NCBI GenBank assembly: GCA_048499955.1
Contig: JASNYX010000005.1
Span: forward strand, 27,401 to 91,400
Length of the DNA: 64,000 nucleotides
Direction: 5' to 3'
Origin: Patescibacteria group bacterium
GTDB lineage: Bacteria > Patescibacteriota > WWE3 > 2-01-FULL-39-13
A model generated the notes under the pieces. It searched no databases, was not told where the DNA came from, and was given only the letters and a program-made list of their open reading frames with translations. Within the stretch, counting starts at the first letter, position 1. Each line of letters starts with the position of its first letter. Below are positions 40,606 through 52,500 of this stretch, piece by piece. The position numbers and the translations under genes were made by a program.

Positions 40606-41845
40606 AATTTCACAATTTAATCCCGCACTGCCTGAGATCATGCACATCGATATTAATTCCTGCTTTGCGACCATTGAACAGCAAGCAAATAGATTCCTTC
40701 GAGGAAAGCCTGTAATCATTGCCCCATATCGATCAGAGATATCAACTGTAATTGCTGCATCTATTGAAGCAAAAGCCTTAGGCATTAAAGGTGGTATGAA
40801 AGTTTTCGAAGCCAAAAATATATACCCGGGAATAATAGTCGTTGAACCTGACCCCTGGAAATACAGGACTGTTCATCTGAAATTGCGTAAACTGTTGTCT
40901 CTTTATACTGATCTGGTAGTTCCTAAATCAATCGATGAGTTTGTTCTAAACATGAAACATAGGCGAAGCCACCTTACACAAAATGAGATGGTAAACATAG
41001 GATGCGACATTAAAACAAGGATTCAAAAAGAAATCGGAGAATGCATATATGTCAGCATCGGAATCAGCACAAATCGATATTTATCTAAAGTCGCCTCAAA
41101 TTTAAAGAAACCGAACGGCCTTGAAATAGTAGATATCACAAACTACCTCAAAGTATATTCCCGGTTACAGCTAACGGAGCTTCCGGGGATCAAAGCTCGG
41201 AATGCTTTACGCCTGAATAAAATGGGAATCTATACTACAACTGATTTATATGCGGCCTCTGAACAAACTCTTAGGTTTGCATTTCACTCGATAAATGGTC
41301 ACTACTGGTATTTGCGAATTAGAGGTTGGGAAATAGATGATTACGAATCGGAAAGAAAATCATTCGGACATTCCTATGTGCTAAAAGAAAAAATTGAAAA
41401 GAAGCCGGATGCCTTGCCTATACTGTACAAGTTGATAGTTAAAATGGCTTTTAGGCTACGAAAAAAAAATTACCAAGCAAAAGGATTAAGCGTAGCATTT
41501 TATTTTAAAGATAATACTTATTGGAACAAGAGTTGGAAACTACCCAAGTTCACGTTTTATTCATATGACTTTTATACGGAAGCTAAAAATATTTTTGAAT
41601 ATGAATGTCCTGATAAGCCCTTAAAACAAATAGCGGTTTCATGCTTTGATCTCACTAACTCAAATCTGTTTCAAGATAATCTGTTTGAGAATTTATCCCG
41701 AAAGAAAAACTTAAGTAAGGCATTGGATAACATAAATATTAAATGGGGAGACTTTGTAATCAAACCGGCAGTGCTTTGTCATGTGCCGAATAGTGCACCG
41801 GATCGAATATCTTTTGGAGGCATCAAAGATCTCGATGGATTTTAA
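40589..41845 (+). CDS. dinB: Y-family DNA polymerase (DinB/UmuC)
   Basis: HIDINSCFA, AASIEAK, SIDE, SKVASNLKKPNG, LPGI. Confidence 0.92.
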   Translation: MVNRNKISQFNPALPEIMHIDINSCFATIEQQANRFLRGKPVIIAPYRSEISTVIAASIEAKALGIKGGMKVFEAKNIYPGIIVVEPDPWKYRTVHLKLRKLLSLYTDLVVPKSIDEFVLNMKHRRSHLTQNEMVNIGCDIKTRIQKEIGECIYVSIGISTNRYLSKVASNLKKPNGLEIVDITNYLKVYSRLQLTELPGIKARNALRLNKMGIYTTTDLYAASEQTLRFAFHSINGHYWYLRIRGWEIDDYESERKSFGHSYVLKEKIEKKPDALPILYKLIVKMAFRLRKKNYQAKGLSVAFYFKDNTYWNKSWKLPKFTFYSYDFYTEAKNIFEYECPDKPLKQIAVSCFDLTNSNLFQDNLFENLSRKKNLSKALDNINIKWGDFVIKPAVLCHVPNSAPDRISFGGIKDLDGF

Positions 41846-41960
41846 TTTTCAAAAACAGATAATGTGAATCACGCAACAACAAGCATAATTTGAACAAAAA
41901 TTCACAGCAAAATTAAATTAGATATTGACAAGTTAACGATAAACTACAACAATTGCTTTA

Positions 41961-42073
41961 TACATGGTTTCGTTCCGTTCTACCAAACGGAAAATGCGAA
42001 AGCATTCGTAAACGAGACCAGTAACTGTCAAGGATTATTACATCTCTAAGAAGTATTAATCCTGCCCGATAGT
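41961..42073 (+). promoter_or_regulatory. Structured 5' leader (three-way junction plus long hairpin)
   Basis: TGGTTTCGTT/AACGAGACCA encloses CCGTT/AACGG and AATGC-GAAA-GCATT; second stem ACTGTC/GATAGT with AGGATTA/TAATCCT; TTGACA at 41925. Confidence 0.55.
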
Positions 42074-42100
42074 AAATACCTTAGGAGGTGAATCAATCAA

Positions 42101-42280
42101 ATGCCAGTAAAAAGAAAAGCAACCAGAAAGACTGCAACCAGAAAACCAGCTGCTAGAAAAACTGCAGTTAAGAGAACCAAAACATCTGCACTAAAAACTC
42201 CTAGAAGAAAAACTGCAGCAAAGAAAACTACTGTTCGAAAGACTACCGCTAGAAAGCCAGTTAAAAGAAGCAAAAAGTAA
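42101..42280 (+). CDS. Histone H1-like K/R/T/A-rich protein, 59 aa (not in ORF track)
   Basis: AGGAGGTGA SD; MPVKRKATRKTATRKPAARKTAVKRTKTSALKTPRRKTAAKKTTVRKTTARKPVKRSKK. Confidence 0.85.
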   Translation: MPVKRKATRKTATRKPAARKTAVKRTKTSALKTPRRKTAAKKTTVRKTTARKPVKRSKK

Positions 42281-42391
42281 GTTGAACCGATCCAGGATCA
42301 AGATTAGGATCAAGGTCGGAAATCACTACCTTGCAAAGAAGCGGGAAGAAACATTTCTGGATTTCCGGAAATGTTTCACGGTAGAAATATG

Positions 42392-42425
42392 AAAAGGCGC
42401 GGAAACTTAAGTACGCGTCTTTTTT
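42392..42425 (+). terminator. Intrinsic terminator
   Basis: AAAAGGCGCG...CGCGTCTTTTTT. Confidence 0.75.
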
Positions 42426-42457
42426 AATTCCTAAAAAACATATGGCAAACGGAAAAC

Positions 42458-43252
42458 TTACTGAGGAATGGAGTCGAGTGAGACGATCTGTGGGTACTGT
42501 GATAGCAACTGACTGACTTGATCAGACAAAAATTCAATATTAAAAACTACCAATTCAAGAGAAGCAGCCAAAAAGGTAGTCTGCGATTCATTCCCTACTT
42601 TCACGCCTCGGCTTTCAATACTGGATTTTAAAGAAGCCAGATTCGCATTATTCGTCAATATTTTCATCTGGGCAGAAGCTCTGTCAACGCTATGTAAGTC
42701 TTCAGCAACAGCTTCAGAGATTCTTTGATACGAATAATAAGGAGTAAGTGATTTTACAACTCCGAGATTCCGAATTTCATCTAAACGGCTTCTATTTGTC
42801 CAAATAAGGAAACTGTTTTTCTCGAAAGGTGAAACTATTGTTCCAAAATTTGCCAAGGCCTGAACCTTCGAGTTATAAACAGGTTCAACAATTTCGACAA
42901 CCCAAATCCCCTGTCCATCAGATGCTATAGAATGATCATAGGGCAAGTCAGAAAAAGGTATACTCAAAGACTCCAACTTAGAATAATCTGTTTTTGTTAT
43001 TTTCAACCGAAAGAAATTATCATTTACAGATAAAATTTTCGTCACTCCAAAGTATTTAATTACATCCTGATCGGAAATATTTTGTCGGGAAATCTGGACT
43101 ACACGATCTATATCATAAACCCTGGGAGTGCCTTCAGATGTTACGCCTCTAGATAACCAATATAAATAGAAACCTACACCCACACCTACTAGAGATAAAA
43201 CCAATATAAGCATTACAATATATTTCAATTTTGTTTTAGTTCCTGTTGTCAT
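42458..43252 (-). CDS. Membrane-anchored protein resembling an S8 protease prodomain
   Basis: TM helix; WVVEIVEP...ALANFG...NSFLI...IRNLGVVKSLTPY...IS; no catalytic domain. Confidence 0.5.
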   Translation of the reverse strand: MTTGTKTKLKYIVMLILVLSLVGVGVGFYLYWLSRGVTSEGTPRVYDIDRVVQISRQNISDQDVIKYFGVTKILSVNDNFFRLKITKTDYSKLESLSIPFSDLPYDHSIASDGQGIWVVEIVEPVYNSKVQALANFGTIVSPFEKNSFLIWTNRSRLDEIRNLGVVKSLTPYYSYQRISEAVAEDLHSVDRASAQMKILTNNANLASLKSSIESRGVKVGNESQTTFLAASLELVVFNIEFLSDQVSQLLSQYPQIVSLDSIPQ

Positions 43253-44171
43253 CTATTGCTCGCCTTCCTGCAACTGAACCTGCAATATCTTTACCATCAC
43301 GATCTCCGTAAGGGTAAACAACGATCACCGATCCATGCTCTTTACTAATTTCGGTTAAAACTTGCAATTCACGCAATCGAATACCACCATCCGAAGATAA
43401 AAGAATCTTACTTGCTTGTGCGGTTTTATGTGCAACTTCTACTTCTGCATTTGCTTGAATAAGTTTAGCTTCTGCAGATCTTCTCGCTCTGGCGATTACA
43501 GCTAATTCCTCTATCAAGCTTGGAGGTGTATCTATATCGGTGATTCTTACTGCACGAACATCAATTCCATACACCGAAGCATTTTCGTCGATTTGTAGCT
43601 TAAGGGATTCAGCGATTTGCTCCCTCTCGCTTAATAATTCTCTGAGGTCTAAACTTCCGATAGTGTTTTTTAAGGCTTCCGTGGATAGCCATGTTACTGA
43701 ATTCTTATAATCTCTGACGTCGATAACCGCTTTTTGCGGATCTTCCACTTTATATTCAATTGCTGCTGTAACCTTTGTGGGAACATTATCTTTAGTGAGT
43801 GTTGCGGTAGCCTCTACCTGATTGGTTTCAAGGCGTGTATCAACTATTGAGGCAACAGAATAAATAAAGGGAGGTATAATGAAAAATCCTGCTCCGCGTA
43901 CTCCATCAAATTTCCCTAAACGTAATATCACCATTTTTTCATATTCCGGAAGGATATAAAACATCCCTGAAATAATTCTGGCAACCCACCCGCAAAACAG
44001 CAAAGCAGGCAGAGCAAGAACGAATCCGGAGTCAAATGCATTACGGGAAAAACCATATAACGGAAGTGCAATAATGATAGCTAAAAGTATAAAAGAAATG
44101 ACAAAAGCAATAAATCTGATAAATCCCTGAACGGAATTTGTGTTCGAGGTATCAGGATACCTAATATTCAT
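43236..44171 (-). CDS. SPFH/band 7 (stomatin-like) protein
   Basis: YEKMVILRLGK, TKDNV, LSEREQI, RLRELQ. Confidence 0.92.
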   Translation of the reverse strand: MNIRYPDTSNTNSVQGFIRFIAFVISFILLAIIIALPLYGFSRNAFDSGFVLALPALLFCGWVARIISGMFYILPEYEKMVILRLGKFDGVRGAGFFIIPPFIYSVASIVDTRLETNQVEATATLTKDNVPTKVTAAIEYKVEDPQKAVIDVRDYKNSVTWLSTEALKNTIGSLDLRELLSEREQIAESLKLQIDENASVYGIDVRAVRITDIDTPPSLIEELAVIARARRSAEAKLIQANAEVEVAHKTAQASKILLSSDGGIRLRELQVLTEISKEHGSVIVVYPYGDRDGKDIAGSVAGRRAIDDNRN

Positions 44172-44265
44172 ATTATATAATTGTACACTAAGCTCTACGA
44201 GCAAACATGATTAAGGAAGGCCAAACCATTGCGAATTCAGCTATTTTAGATGAAAATGAGCATAA

Positions 44266-44724
44266 ATGGAATTTCAGTTTTCAAATCCACACGAGTTGGA
44301 GAAAATAATTAAAGATCAGATTGACCTCTCTGCAGGTAATATACTCTGTCTGGAAGGAGAAATGGGTGCAGGAAAAACAACTTTCACACAAATATTGGGA
44401 GGCCTGTTAGGAATTACAAATCAAATTAACTCACCTACTTTTATTATCCATAACGAGTATTTGATACCCGACAAGCCAGAACTAACAAATCAAAGAACTC
44501 TGCATCACCTTGATCTATATAGAATCGAGTCAAAATCTGAACTGGTAGAACTTAAGTTACCTGAAGCTTTCAAAACCTACGATATTGTATCCATAGAATG
44601 GGCAGACAAATTTAAGCCTGAGATTCTGCACACCATTGAGAAGACCGGAATGAATGCACTTTGGATTCAAATACAAACTGTAACTGAAAACCTAAGAACT
44701 ATAAATTTCGAGAAAATAATATGA
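44266..44724 (+). CDS. tsaE: t6A ATPase TsaE
   Basis: GEMGAGKTT, SPTF, HLDLYR, IEW. Confidence 0.95.
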   Translation: MEFQFSNPHELEKIIKDQIDLSAGNILCLEGEMGAGKTTFTQILGGLLGITNQINSPTFIIHNEYLIPDKPELTNQRTLHHLDLYRIESKSELVELKLPEAFKTYDIVSIEWADKFKPEILHTIEKTGMNALWIQIQTVTENLRTINFEKII

Positions 44725-45812
44725 AAATACTAGCTATCGATACCAGTTGCGATGATACTTCCGTTGCTATCTCTGAAGATTTACGGATTTTAGCTAATGT
44801 CTTCTGGTCTAAAATAAAAACACATGAAAAATGGGGTGGCGTGGTTCCTAATGAAGCAAAACGCCAACATGAAGAATTCCTCGATCCTGCTATAGAAGAA
44901 TCCCTAAATCAAAGTGCCTTAAAATTGGAGGAAATCGATGCTATAGCAGTAACTTATGGCCCCGGACTTGCAGTAGCACTTGAAGCCGGTGTAAAAAAGG
45001 CCAAAGAGCTGGCATCTAACTATAAAAAACCGTTAATTCCTGTAAATCACATGATCGGGCATATTTACAGTAACCTTTCACGAGATATTAACAATAACAG
45101 TCTTTCCGGTTTAACAGAATTCAAATTTCCCCTTTTTGCTTTAACCATATCAGGTGGACACACTGATTTGTATTTGATGAAAAATCACTTTGAGTTTGAA
45201 CATCTTGCGTATACATTAGACGATGCGATTGGTGAATCTTTTGACAAAGTTGGCAGGTTGCTCGGACTAGGCTTTCCCGCAGGAGCAAAAATTGAACTGC
45301 TTGCTCAAGCAGGAGACCCAAACAGATACGCATTTCCTCGACCAATGAGCAACTCACAAGAATTTAGATGGAGTTATTCAGGTCTTAAAACAGCAGTCTT
45401 ATATGAGGTCAAAAAGATCCAAGGTGAATATCATTCAAAACCGGGGAAAAACGTATATAAGTTGGAAGATGAATCATCGAAACTTACCGAAAAAGAGACC
45501 GTCGACCTTGCCGCATCATTTCAACAAGCAGCAATCGAAACATTACTTAATAAAATCGAGATGGCATATAAAAAGTATAGTGATGTAAAAACTATTGTTA
45601 TTGGGGGAGGAGTAATCGCGAATACAACACTTCGAGATCAGCTGAAAAATCTTTCCGATAATTATGGTGTAGAAATTTACTATCCGAAACCAATGTGGCT
45701 TTGCACAGATAATGCGGCAATGATTGCAACTGCAGCACATTTTTATTTTGATTACGGACTGGTCGAAAAAAACATTGATTCTCTTCAGAGAGTTCCGGGT
45801 TTGAGCATATAA
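44721..45812 (+). CDS. tsaD: t6A transferase TsaD
   Basis: IDTSCDDT, GPGL, NHMIGH, SGGHT, GESFDK, TDNAAMI. Confidence 0.96.
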   Translation: MKILAIDTSCDDTSVAISEDLRILANVFWSKIKTHEKWGGVVPNEAKRQHEEFLDPAIEESLNQSALKLEEIDAIAVTYGPGLAVALEAGVKKAKELASNYKKPLIPVNHMIGHIYSNLSRDINNNSLSGLTEFKFPLFALTISGGHTDLYLMKNHFEFEHLAYTLDDAIGESFDKVGRLLGLGFPAGAKIELLAQAGDPNRYAFPRPMSNSQEFRWSYSGLKTAVLYEVKKIQGEYHSKPGKNVYKLEDESSKLTEKETVDLAASFQQAAIETLLNKIEMAYKKYSDVKTIVIGGGVIANTTLRDQLKNLSDNYGVEIYYPKPMWLCTDNAAMIATAAHFYFDYGLVEKNIDSLQRVPGLSI

Positions 45813-45963
45813 AAATGAGGCTCCTCTGGCTTACGCCTATGGTATCTTCTCTTGCACAGTGCGTTTAAAATCTATTGCTTCGCGATTCCTGCGAATCATC
45901 CACGATCTTACGATCAGGATATTTTCACAGCAAAACATAAAATCTGGTAACATATTAATAAAG

Positions 45964-46536
45964 ATGAAATCCGCTCAATCCCACCTAAAAGCAAAACGCA
46001 ACACCATACTATTCATCGGCTCAATAGTGCTTTCCATAATACTTTATAAATATGGATTTTTCGAAGCCCTCGTTACTGCAACACCTAACTTAAGAGTCTT
46101 ACACACATATTTAGCAGGAATCTTTTTTACTTCAGTTTTTACATTGACTTTTAGCTTATCTCTCTTCGCAGAACTGGTGGAAACCTCACCTATTAAATAC
46201 CTGGTACCAATCGGGGGCTTAGGTGCAATGACCGGGGATCTAATTATTTTTAAGGCAATGAGCAATAAAGTAATACAGAAAGAACGTGATGCAGTATTAG
46301 AAAAAGTCAAAAGACTACCTTTGAAAAAAATTATGCACACAAGATTATTCACCATTGGTGCAGCTATAGTTGGAGCGTTAATTATTGCTTCCCCATTTCC
46401 CGACGAGCTCGGAATCGGTTTAATGAGTTTATCCAACCTTAAATTAAAACACTTTCTTTTGATTTCATTAATTGTAAATAGTATTGGGATTTTCTTATTC
46501 TTAACAGCAACTGAATTCATTCTTAACGAATTCTAG
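45964..46536 (+). CDS. Membrane protein
   Basis: About five TMs; GALIIASPFPDELG; probable ATG 45964. Confidence 0.7.
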   Translation: MKSAQSHLKAKRNTILFIGSIVLSIILYKYGFFEALVTATPNLRVLHTYLAGIFFTSVFTLTFSLSLFAELVETSPIKYLVPIGGLGAMTGDLIIFKAMSNKVIQKERDAVLEKVKRLPLKKIMHTRLFTIGAAIVGALIIASPFPDELGIGLMSLSNLKLKHFLLISLIVNSIGIFLFLTATEFILNEF

Positions 46537-46595
46537 GCACACATCTTCTTACACAATTTTTACAAAAATTTATACTGCTCTTAAAAGTTTCTGGT

Positions 46596-49500
46596 ATGCT
46601 TGAGTTTGTGCTAAACATCAACTTGAAAAATACACCTAACTACCTGTCCCCGACATACATAAATACAAAATCACTCGAAAAAGAAGTTTATTCAGTAGAT
46701 AAACTTAGGAGTTATGCCAGAACGTTAGCTCATGTATTTAAATCAACCAATAATACATTCGCCGGGAAAAGTTTTGTTGAATATAAAATTGATAATGCGG
46801 AAGAGGTTATTAGCAATGGATACAAAAAGTTTTTAGATGTACTTTCCCAGGGAAAACTTCAGCTACCTTCTACAGCGGAGTGGATAATTGATAACTTCTA
46901 CATTGTTGAAGAACAGTTCAGACGTATTAAGAGTGATTGGAAACCCGGAGTTTATAAAAACTTGCCGGTGCTTACGGTTGAACCGTACCTAAATATGCCG
47001 AGGGTGTATGGGATCGCACAAGAATTAGTATCACATACTGACAACATTATTACCGAGGAAACACTTGTTGAATATCTAAACTATTATCAAAGAGTATCGC
47101 CGCTATCTACTGTTGAAATATGGGCCTTGCCGAATATGCTGAAAATCTGCCTTCTCGAGAATATTAAATTTCTGGTATATAGAGATCTGGAAAACTTACA
47201 AAAGCAGCAACAGGCAAGAGGGACAGCAGAAGACCTAGTTAATATGATAAAGAAGCATGTAAGGCTTGATAATAAAATTGGAAGACTGTTTCCATCTCAG
47301 CAGAAACTTGATACTGATTTTATCGTGTATTTTCTTCAATCTTTACGCGAAGTTGATGTAGAAACAACACAGATCACACAACTAGTCGAAGAAAAAATTC
47401 TCGAACAAGACATTAATATTGATGAATTTATCAGGACTGATATCAACTTTAGAGCTGCAAATAAAGTATCCGTAGGAAATGCCATTACCAGTATCCGCAA
47501 TATCACATCACTCCCTTGGGAAGTACTATTTGAGGAAATCAGTCCGGTTGAAAAATTGTTGAGGCTCGACCCGGGAGGAATTTACACTCAAATGGATTTT
47601 GGGAGTAGAGACAGATATAGGCACGTGATCGAAACTTTGAGCAAACAAAGTAGAATTTCAGAAACCGAAATCGTACGAAGAATTCTTGATCTTGCCAGAC
47701 ACGAAAAAGAAGAAACACCTGGAAACATCAAGGCAGGTCATGTGGGATATTACCTTATTAATAATACCGGGTTAACTAAACTTAAAGCACAAATCCCTTA
47801 TGAACCTGATTTTAAAAACAGATTAATTGATTTTATTAGGATTCACCCAAGATCATCATATTTTCTCAGTCTAACAGGTACTTTAGCACTAATGTTATCG
47901 GCAATATATGGAACCGGGGTTTATTTATCAATCGGAGCAGATTCATTATTTTATCTGGTAACATTTTCAGCAGTAATAATGAGTACTCCTGCGATATCAC
48001 TGGTGAACACAATACTAAGTTCGATTTTGCCTCCAAGCCCGCCTCCGAAAATAGATCTAAAAGCGGGAATCCCGAGCTACGCTAAAACCGCAATTGTTGT
48101 ACCTACCCTAATAAGAAGTAGGGAAAAGATTGACCACTTAATTTCAAATATTGAGAAACACTATTTGGCAAATCTTGATGAGAACATATTTTTAGCAATT
48201 TTATCGGATTATACTGATGCAAAGGAAAAAAACTTAGATGGCGATAGCGAATTGCTCGAATATTTTAAACACGAAATCCAAAAACTTAATGATAAATATA
48301 ATGTAAATAATCCATTCTACCTATTACATAGAGACAGGGTTTTTAACCCAAAAGAAAATAAGTGGATGGGTTGGGAACGGAAGCGCGGCAAGCTTATCGA
48401 ATTTAACAGGTTTATTTCAGGCGACCAAAAAACCACATATACAACGGTAATTGGAGATATTGAGAAACTCAAAGAAATTAAATATGTGATAACACTCGAC
48501 GAAGACACCGAACTACCTATCGGATGTGCACGCAAGTTAGTGGGAGGTATGATACACCCCTTAAACGAACCGGTTATTGATCAAAAACGAAAGGTAGTAA
48601 TAGAAGGATACGGCATAATTCAACCTTTAGTGAGTATACAAGCTCCCTCAGCAGTAGAAAGTTGGTTCTCGAAAAGTTTTGTTAGAGAAAGTGGTGTCGA
48701 TGCGTATTCCGGTATAGTTTCTGAGGTTTACCAGGACTTATTGGGAAGCAGTATATTTAGCGGTAAAGCAATCTATAGTGTCCATGCCTACCGAGAAACC
48801 ATACAAGAACGATTCCCTGAAAATCACCTTCTTAGCCATGACTTAATCGAAGGTGCCTACATGCGAGTTGGTCTAGCATCTGATGTAGAGGTTCTTGAAG
48901 ATTATCCTTCCGGGTTAATTTCATATCTATTGAGACAACACCGATGGATTCGAGGAGACTGGCAAATACTCGAGTGGCTATTGCCGTTCGTTCCGAATTA
49001 TAAGAACCGGCTTGAGAGAAATCCTTTATCTTTAACAGAAAGATGGAAAATTTTTGACAATTTGAGAAGGAGTATCCACCCGATATTTCTAGTTACACTT
49101 TTGTTCATCAGCTGGCTCGGATCTCCGGGTTTTATGCAACTTGCTACAGCTGTTTTTCTCGTTTCACTTCTTGCAGGACCTTTTAGCTACATTTTCAATA
49201 TCATGCGTTTCAGGCCAATCGGCGAACCCTTTTTTGAATATGCGTATATTGTAATTCAAGAAAAGTTCTACGTTTTATTCCAATCAATTCTTCGAGTAAC
49301 CTTTTCGTTACATCAAGCTTATATAAACATAGATGCTATTTTTAGAGTCCTTTTCAGAAAATATATTAGCAGAAAAAAACTACTGGAATGGACAACACAA
49401 CAAGACGTGCAAAAGGCAGAACCTCAGACTCTTTTAGATTATATCGGTCGCATGTGGATTTCCCCACTTCTATCAGTTTTATTTGGAAGCTATCTATTTA

Positions 49501-52500
49501 AATTCAACCCCGTCGCACTTGAATTTGCCGCTCCATTTTTATCATTATGGCTATTAGCCCCATTGATCGCATATCTAGTGAGCAAAAAAATCATCTATCA
49601 AACCGAGAATCTAAGCGAGACAGAAAAAGAGTCGTTGCACTCATATGCGGGTAAAATATGGAGATTCTACGATGAATTTGCTTCTACTTCTGAAAATCAC
49701 CTACCTGCCGATAATTTTCAGCAATCACCCGGTGCAGTAATTGCTCATAGAACTTCACCTACGAATATCGGAATGTATATGTTGTCTGCTGTTTCTGCTT
49801 ATGATTTGGGATATCTCAGCACAGGCGAATTTGCGGACAAAATAAAATTAACATTTACAAGCATTTCGAAACTCCTTAAATATAATGGGCACTTGTATAA
49901 CTGGTATGATACTCAAACGCTCCAACCACTTAATACCTACATCTCAACTGTCGACAGCGGTAACTTTATTGCCAGTTTGATTGTGTTAAGACAAAGCTGT
50001 CTGGAAATTTCTGAAACCGGCGCTAACTTATCACTTATTAATCGAGGGCTAGTAGGAATCTTAAATAACTTAAAGGAATCTCTCGAAATTAATATCAAAT
50101 TTATATCACCACTATCAGATATAGCAGAAGAACAATATCAGGACTCTTCTAATCAAGATACAGAAAACAAATTCCAAGGAGACATCGAAAAACTCTTAGC
50201 CGAAGTCAAACAATGGAAATCTGATGAACTGTTTAATCCCGACGATAGAATCAATATTCTTTACTCTTACAAAGAAAAGTTTCACATGTACATGCAAGAG
50301 CTTTCAGTGGTATTAGATGATAGAAGAAATAAGGAAATACAATACTGGCTAGAGTATTTTTACAACCACATCAGTAGATTTGAAAACGAAGCTAATATAA
50401 AGAAAATACCATCGAAAACTAGGAATCTGCTATTGGAATGTGCCAAAAGTGCAGAAAAAATTATCACTCAAACTGATTTCAAATTTTTATACAATGAAAA
50501 AAGAAAAATATTCCACATAGGATGGATTCAATCAGAAAATCGCCATGATAGCGGCTATTATGATTTACTTGCCAGTGAAGCGAGGATCGCCAGCTATCTC
50601 GCAATAGCTTTCGGTCATGTACCGCCGGAACATTGGTTTAGGCTAAGTCGACCTTTAACAAGAGTCGGTAGAACCCCGACTTTACTGTCTTGGGGCGGAA
50701 CAATGTTTGAATACCTAACCCCGACTTTATTCATTAAGGATTATCAAAACACACTTATCGATGAGACTATTAAAGGTATCACTCGCAAACAATGTGAATA
50801 TGGATTTTCAAAGAATATTCCTTGGGGGATTTCCGAATCCGCGTTTTTCGCGTTTGATTTCTTATATAACTATCAATATAGGATGTTCGGAATTCCGGAA
50901 CTATCACTTAAAGTCGAGTTAACAGAAAACCTCGTCGTATCACCGTACTCAACATTTCTTGCACTCCCCTATTTACCGAAAAAATCTTTCGAAAACTTAA
51001 AGAAACTTAAAAACTTTGGTGCTTATGGATCATACGGGTTTTACGAAGCAGTAGATTTCACAAAGAGCAGACTTCAAGGAAATCAAAATTCATCTGTTAT
51101 TTATTCTTATTTTGCACATCATCAAGGAATGTCGATTCTGGCCCTAAACAATTATTTAAATCAGGACATTATCCGAAATCGCTTTCATAGAGATCCTCAC
51201 ATGGCTTCTGCGGAGCTAGTTTTACAGGAAAAAGTTCCGTTGCACGTTTCGTCGAGCAGACCCGTGAAGGAAGAAAAGAAATTACTACACATACAACCAA
51301 AAGTAGCTCAGGGTGGTGTCGGAAGAAATATCAAGACTCCGCACACAGTGGTTCCAAGAATGGGAATACTTTCCAATGGGGATTATTCTGTATTAATTAG
51401 CAACACAGGTAGTAGCCATAGCAAATATAAGGGTACAAGCATAAATTTATACAAAGAAGATGCTACCCTGGATAATAAAGGGATCTATTTTTATATCAAA
51501 GATGAAGAGAATAGCAATTTGTGGTCTGCAACTTATCAACCTACCACTGCAAAACCCGAAAAATATGAGTGTTCACTCTCTCTTAATTCAGTAGAATTTC
51601 AACGACAAGATTATGGCATCGCATCACATCTGGAAATATATGTACCACCAAACAAAAATCTTGAAATACGAAAACTTTCGCTTACAAACCTATCTAAGAA
51701 AGCAAGGCAGCTGGAAGTCACAACATATTCCGAAGTCGCACTCGATACACACAAATCAGTAGCCGCACATCCTGCCTTCAGCAAATTATTTATTGAGAGT
51801 TCATTTTCTGAAGACGAAAAAACTTTGATATTTAGACGAAGACCAAGATCTGAAGAACAAGCCGCTCACTTTGCATTTCATACAATTTTTTCTGATAATG
51901 GCAAAGCAAGGTTTGGTGGATTCGAAACCGACAGATATGAATTTATCGGCAGAGGTAGAACGGAAAATAATCCTAGAGGTGTACACGAGGAATTAAAAAA
52001 TACTCAGGGAGCTGTTTTAGATCCAATCATGTGCATGAGGCAAAAGTTATTTTTAAATCCGGGAGAAAGTGCAACGTTGATTTGCCTAACCGGATATGCA
52101 GAATCTAAAGATGAAGCCCTTAAGATAGTTTCAGAGCTTTCAAGTACCAGCGAAACCAACAGACAGCAAGAACTAGCACGCATCTACTCACAAATAGAAT
52201 TACAACATTTAGGTGTATCGGAAGAACATGGTTATCTTTATCAACAGTTTGCTTCAAGAATAATTTATCCTGATACAAGCCTAAGGGCTTCTGCACAAAT
52301 TGTTGCCTCAAATGTTAAAGGGCAATCCGGATTATGGGGTTACGGAATATCCGGTGATAATAAAATTGTCTTGGTAAAGGCCAGACAGCAGAAAGATCTT
52401 AAACTGGTAAAGGAAATGCTCTTAGCACACGAATACTTAAGGCTTAGAGGATTTACCTTCGACCTGGTACTTTTGGTAGACAACCCCCTTAGCTATAACG

